This document shows positions 60,734 to 64,000 of a stretch of 64,000 nucleotides of DNA, piece by piece. The notes under the pieces were generated by a model, which worked only from the letters and a program-made list of their open reading frames with translations, made no database searches and was not told where the DNA came from. The stretch's first letter is position 1; every line of letters starts with the position of its first letter. The stretch spans positions 1,568,001 through 1,632,000 of the forward strand of contig CAXXXD010000003.1 of NCBI GenBank assembly GCA_963663385.2. Reading direction: 5' to 3'. A program made the translations under genes and the position numbers. This DNA comes from Oceanispirochaeta sp. GTDB lineage: Bacteria; Spirochaetota; Spirochaetia; DSM-2461.

Positions 60734-61777
60734 ATGAAAAAACTGTCGATTCTTTTTATCGCTTTTTTCTGCCTTGCTTCCTTCGCTTTTGCCGGCGGAC
60801 AGCAGGAATCAGCCGGTACAGATAGCGCTGCCGCTGTAGAAAAAAAGATGTCTATTACAATGGTTACCGATGTCGGAGGAGTTAACGACCAGTCTTTTAA
60901 CCAGTCCGCATGGGAAGGTCTCCAGAAAGTAGGAGACGATCTTGGAGTAAACGTATCCTACAAAGAATCAAAACAGAATGCCGACTATGCTCCTAATATG
61001 GAAACTGCCGTTGACGGTGATAATGATCTTATCTGGGCTATCGGTTTCATGATGGCAGATGCTATTCTCGAAGCGGCTCAGAACAACCCTGAACAGAACT
61101 TTGCTATTATCGACAGCGCATTCGAAAATACTCCCTCAAACCTGGTTGGTGTTGTATTTGAAGCAGAACAGTGTTCCTACCTGGTTGGTTATATTGCCGG
61201 TAAAATGTCTCAGACCGGAAAAGTCGGTTTTATCGGCGGAATCGAATTCTTCCTGATTCAGGAGTTTGAATATGGTTTCAAGGCCGGTGTAAAACAGGCT
61301 GGAGCGGATATCGAAATTCTGACACAGTATGCTGAATCCTTCACTGATGCTGCCAAAGGTAAATCCATTGCCAACAGTATGTATCAGCAGGGTGCGGACA
61401 TCATTTTCCATGCTGCCGGCGGTGTTGGAAACGGTCTGATCGAAGCTGCCAAAGAGCAGGGTAAATGGGCGATCGGTGTTGACAGAGACCAGAACGACCT
61501 GGCTCCCGACAACGTTCTGACCTCTGCCATGAAAAGAGTTGACAACGGTATCTACAATCTGTCCAAAGACCTGGTAGACGGAAAATTCCCCGGAGGATCT
61601 ACTGTTTCCTACGGTCTGGCCGAAGGCGGTGTAGGAATTGCACCCACCAGTGCAAAACATGTTCCCGCGGACATCCTTGCAGAAGTTGAAAAGCTCGAGA
61701 AGCTGATCATTGATGGTGCATTTGTTGTTCCCAATACAGCAGAAACCTACGAAGCTTATACTCCTGTAAAACTTTAA
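60734..61777 (+). CDS. BMP-family (PnrA/TmpC-like) nucleoside ABC substrate-binding protein
   Basis: TDVGGVNDQSFNQSAWEG, GADIIFHAAGG, IGVDRDQ, LTSAMKRVD. Confidence 0.92.
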   Translation: MKKLSILFIAFFCLASFAFAGGQQESAGTDSAAAVEKKMSITMVTDVGGVNDQSFNQSAWEGLQKVGDDLGVNVSYKESKQNADYAPNMETAVDGDNDLIWAIGFMMADAILEAAQNNPEQNFAIIDSAFENTPSNLVGVVFEAEQCSYLVGYIAGKMSQTGKVGFIGGIEFFLIQEFEYGFKAGVKQAGADIEILTQYAESFTDAAKGKSIANSMYQQGADIIFHAAGGVGNGLIEAAKEQGKWAIGVDRDQNDLAPDNVLTSAMKRVDNGIYNLSKDLVDGKFPGGSTVSYGLAEGGVGIAPTSAKHVPADILAEVEKLEKLIIDGAFVVPNTAETYEAYTPVKL

Positions 61778-61805
61778 TTACAGGAAATATAATTATTTAA
61801 CAAAA

Positions 61806-61844
61806 AAGGGGCGCCCTGTAAGTCATCTTATCGGGCAGCCCCTT
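61806..61844 (+). terminator. Intercistronic stem-loop (partial terminator or mRNA stabiliser)
   Basis: AAGGGGC-GCCC...GGGC-A-GCCCCTT; weak U-tract. Confidence 0.5.
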
Positions 61845-61868
61845 AATTTATCTATCCGGAGGGGCTCT

Positions 61869-63395
61869 TTGAATAATTACGATTCAAATCAAATCGTGGT
61901 TGACATGAAAGGGATCACTCAGAAGTTCGGAACCCTGGTTGCCAACGACAATATAAATCTGACAGTACATAAAGGAGAGGTCCATGCCCTTCTCGGTGAG
62001 AATGGTGCAGGAAAGACCACATTGGTAAACTCTCTATACGGGCTCTATCATCCGACTTCCGGTGAAATTTTCATCAATGGCGAAAAAGTCATAATGGACA
62101 ATCCCAATGTTGCGATTCAGCATGGGATTGGTATGGTTCATCAGCATTTTATGCTGGTTCAGCCTTTTACAGTAGTAGAAAACATCGTTTTAGGGATGGA
62201 ACCCCATAAGTACGGTGTTCTTGATATGAAAACAGCAACCGAAAAGGTTGTAGCTCTATCTGAGCAATATGGATTATCTATAGATCCGAATGCCTGTATC
62301 CAGGATATTACAGTCGGAATGCAGCAGAGAGTGGAAATCCTTAAAACCCTGTATAGAGGAGCCGACATACTCATCCTGGATGAACCAACGGCTGTTCTGA
62401 CTCCCCAGGAGATTCTGGACCTTATTCAGATTATCAACAATCTGACAGAACAGGGAAAGACGATTATCATTATCACTCATAAACTGAAAGAGATAAAAGA
62501 CGTTTCGGATTTCTGTACAATAATCCGGCGCGGAAAAAGAATAGATACGGTTAAAGTTTCCGATGTTACCGAATCCGATCTGGCATCCATGATGGTGGGA
62601 CGTGAAGTCAATTTTAAAGTGGACAAGGAAGAGAGAACGCCCGGAGATATTGTTCTGGAAGTAAAGAACCTTTATGTAAGGGACAACAGAGATATCCCGG
62701 CTCTGAGAGGATTGAACCTGACCGTACGGAAAGGGGAAATTGTCGGAATTGCCGGAGTAGACGGAAACGGCCAGAATGAACTGGAAGAGGCTCTGATGGG
62801 TATCCGCAAATCCGAATCCGGTTCCATCAAGGTTGACGGCGTGGAAATGATCGGGAAAACACCCAGGGAAATTCTGGACAGCAGGGTTGGCACGATTCCC
62901 TCCGACCGGCAGAGACGGGGTCTTGTTCTTGATTATACCATTGCGGAAAACATGATTATTGAAAACTATAAAAAGGAACCTTTCTCAAAAAGAGGCTGGC
63001 TTCAGTTTGATGCCATCAAAAACTTTGCAAAAAAACTGGTAGAAGAGTTTGATGTCCGGCCGGCAGACGAAAATTACCGTTCAGGTTCCCTTTCCGGCGG
63101 TAATCAGCAGAAAGTTATTATTGCCAGAGAGATCTCCAACAACCCCGATCTGCTTATTGCGGTTCAGCCGACAAGAGGTCTGGATGTGGGCGCTATCGAG
63201 TATGTTCATAAATCCCTGGTTGCCCAGAGGGACAAAGGAAAAGCCGTACTGCTTATCTCCCTTGAACTGGATGAGGTTATCAATGTATCAGACAGGATTG
63301 CCGTGATTTACGAAGGAGAGATAGTGGGCGAAGTAAAGGCCGATGGAGCAGATGAAAACGAGCTCGGGCTGATGATGGCGGGAGGAAGCAGGTAA
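61869..63395 (+). CDS. Nucleoside/sugar (CUT2-type) ABC ATP-binding protein with two NBDs
   Basis: GENGAGKT, ILDEPT, LSGGNQQK, QPTRGLDVGA. Confidence 0.93.
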   Translation: MNNYDSNQIVVDMKGITQKFGTLVANDNINLTVHKGEVHALLGENGAGKTTLVNSLYGLYHPTSGEIFINGEKVIMDNPNVAIQHGIGMVHQHFMLVQPFTVVENIVLGMEPHKYGVLDMKTATEKVVALSEQYGLSIDPNACIQDITVGMQQRVEILKTLYRGADILILDEPTAVLTPQEILDLIQIINNLTEQGKTIIIITHKLKEIKDVSDFCTIIRRGKRIDTVKVSDVTESDLASMMVGREVNFKVDKEERTPGDIVLEVKNLYVRDNRDIPALRGLNLTVRKGEIVGIAGVDGNGQNELEEALMGIRKSESGSIKVDGVEMIGKTPREILDSRVGTIPSDRQRRGLVLDYTIAENMIIENYKKEPFSKRGWLQFDAIKNFAKKLVEEFDVRPADENYRSGSLSGGNQQKVIIAREISNNPDLLIAVQPTRGLDVGAIEYVHKSLVAQRDKGKAVLLISLELDEVINVSDRIAVIYEGEIVGEVKADGADENELGLMMAGGSR

Positions 63396-64000
63396 TGTCA
63401 GAAAAGAAGAAACTTACAGATTCACCTGTCTGGATTACAATAATATCGATTACCCTGGGACTTGTGTTCGGTGCTATTATACTTCTACTGATTGGGTACA
63501 ACCCTTTAAAAGCCTATTCTGTAATTATTACAGGTATTTTCAGTAAACCCAAATATATGTCCTGGACAATAATTTACGCTACTCCGATTATACTGACCGG
63601 TCTATCTGTTGCCTTTGCCTTTAAGACCGGGCTTTTCAATATAGGTGCGGAAGGACAGTATATAGTTGGAGCCGTTACGGCTGCTCTGGCAGGATACTTT
63701 TTTCACCTTCCCTTATTTCTTCATATCCCTTTTGTAATTATCCTCAGTATAGCAGCCGGTGCCTTCTGGGGTAGTATAGCCGGTTACCTGAAAGCCAAAT
63801 ACGGAGTAAATGAAGTTATTTCTACCATAATGCTCAACTGGATGGCTTTCTATCTGAACAACTTCATTGTTCTTCATGAAGGAATCAAAAGAGAAGGTTC
63901 CGAATCCACCAATAAAATCCAGAATACGGCCCAGTTAATATTTGCCAACAACTGGAAAGGAACAGATGCGGGCCTGGCTTTCAGAAAGGCACACCCCTTC
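63395..64000 (+). CDS. ABC transporter permease (partial, runs off the window)
   Basis: TAATG overlap with the ATPase gene; translated by hand: TPIILTGLSVAFAFKTGLFNIGAEGQ, GVNEVISTIMLNW. Confidence 0.9.
   Translation, partial: MSEKKKLTDSPVWITIISITLGLVFGAIILLLIGYNPLKAYSVIITGIFSKPKYMSWTIIYATPIILTGLSVAFAFKTGLFNIGAEGQYIVGAVTAALAGYFFHLPLFLHIPFVIILSIAAGAFWGSIAGYLKAKYGVNEVISTIMLNWMAFYLNNFIVLHEGIKREGSESTNKIQNTAQLIFANNWKGTDAGLAFRKAHPF

Overview
A 64-kb chromosomal segment, mostly housekeeping genes, most likely from a free-living spirochaete (Spirochaetaceae-like; inferred from the prfB-PEGA-ftsY gene order, groEL without groES and a 'GGQQE'-type solute-binding protein). From left to right: an operon of a stand-alone Cas2-like gene, prfB (programmed +1 frameshift), a receiver protein, a PEGA protein and ftsY; a chemosensory cluster (Hpt, cheD, cheW, cheY, STAS, cheA with an MshEN-like insert, cheR, cheB, and a soluble MCP-like protein with two tip motifs); rlmKL; a 1340-aa FlgD-Ig-repeat/OmpA envelope protein; apbE; a tandem pair of HAMP-GAF-PP2C proteins, one with degenerate catalytic motifs; an nqrB-C-D-E-F-like operon with neither nqrA nor rnfC/rnfB, facing a divergent rseC; zwf, glnS, aspartate kinase, valS, yajC-secD-secF, groEL, birA, argR-C-B-D-G with tandem ARG boxes, pgi, tex; and the start of a BMP-type nucleoside/sugar ABC transporter. 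I saw no rRNA, tRNA, transposase or CRISPR array. Best novelty candidates: the Nqr-like complex with no apparent electron-exit subunit, the orphan Cas2-like gene heading the prfB operon, and the MshEN-CheA/double-tip receptor chemosensory system. All family calls come from recognising motifs by eye; no searches were run.
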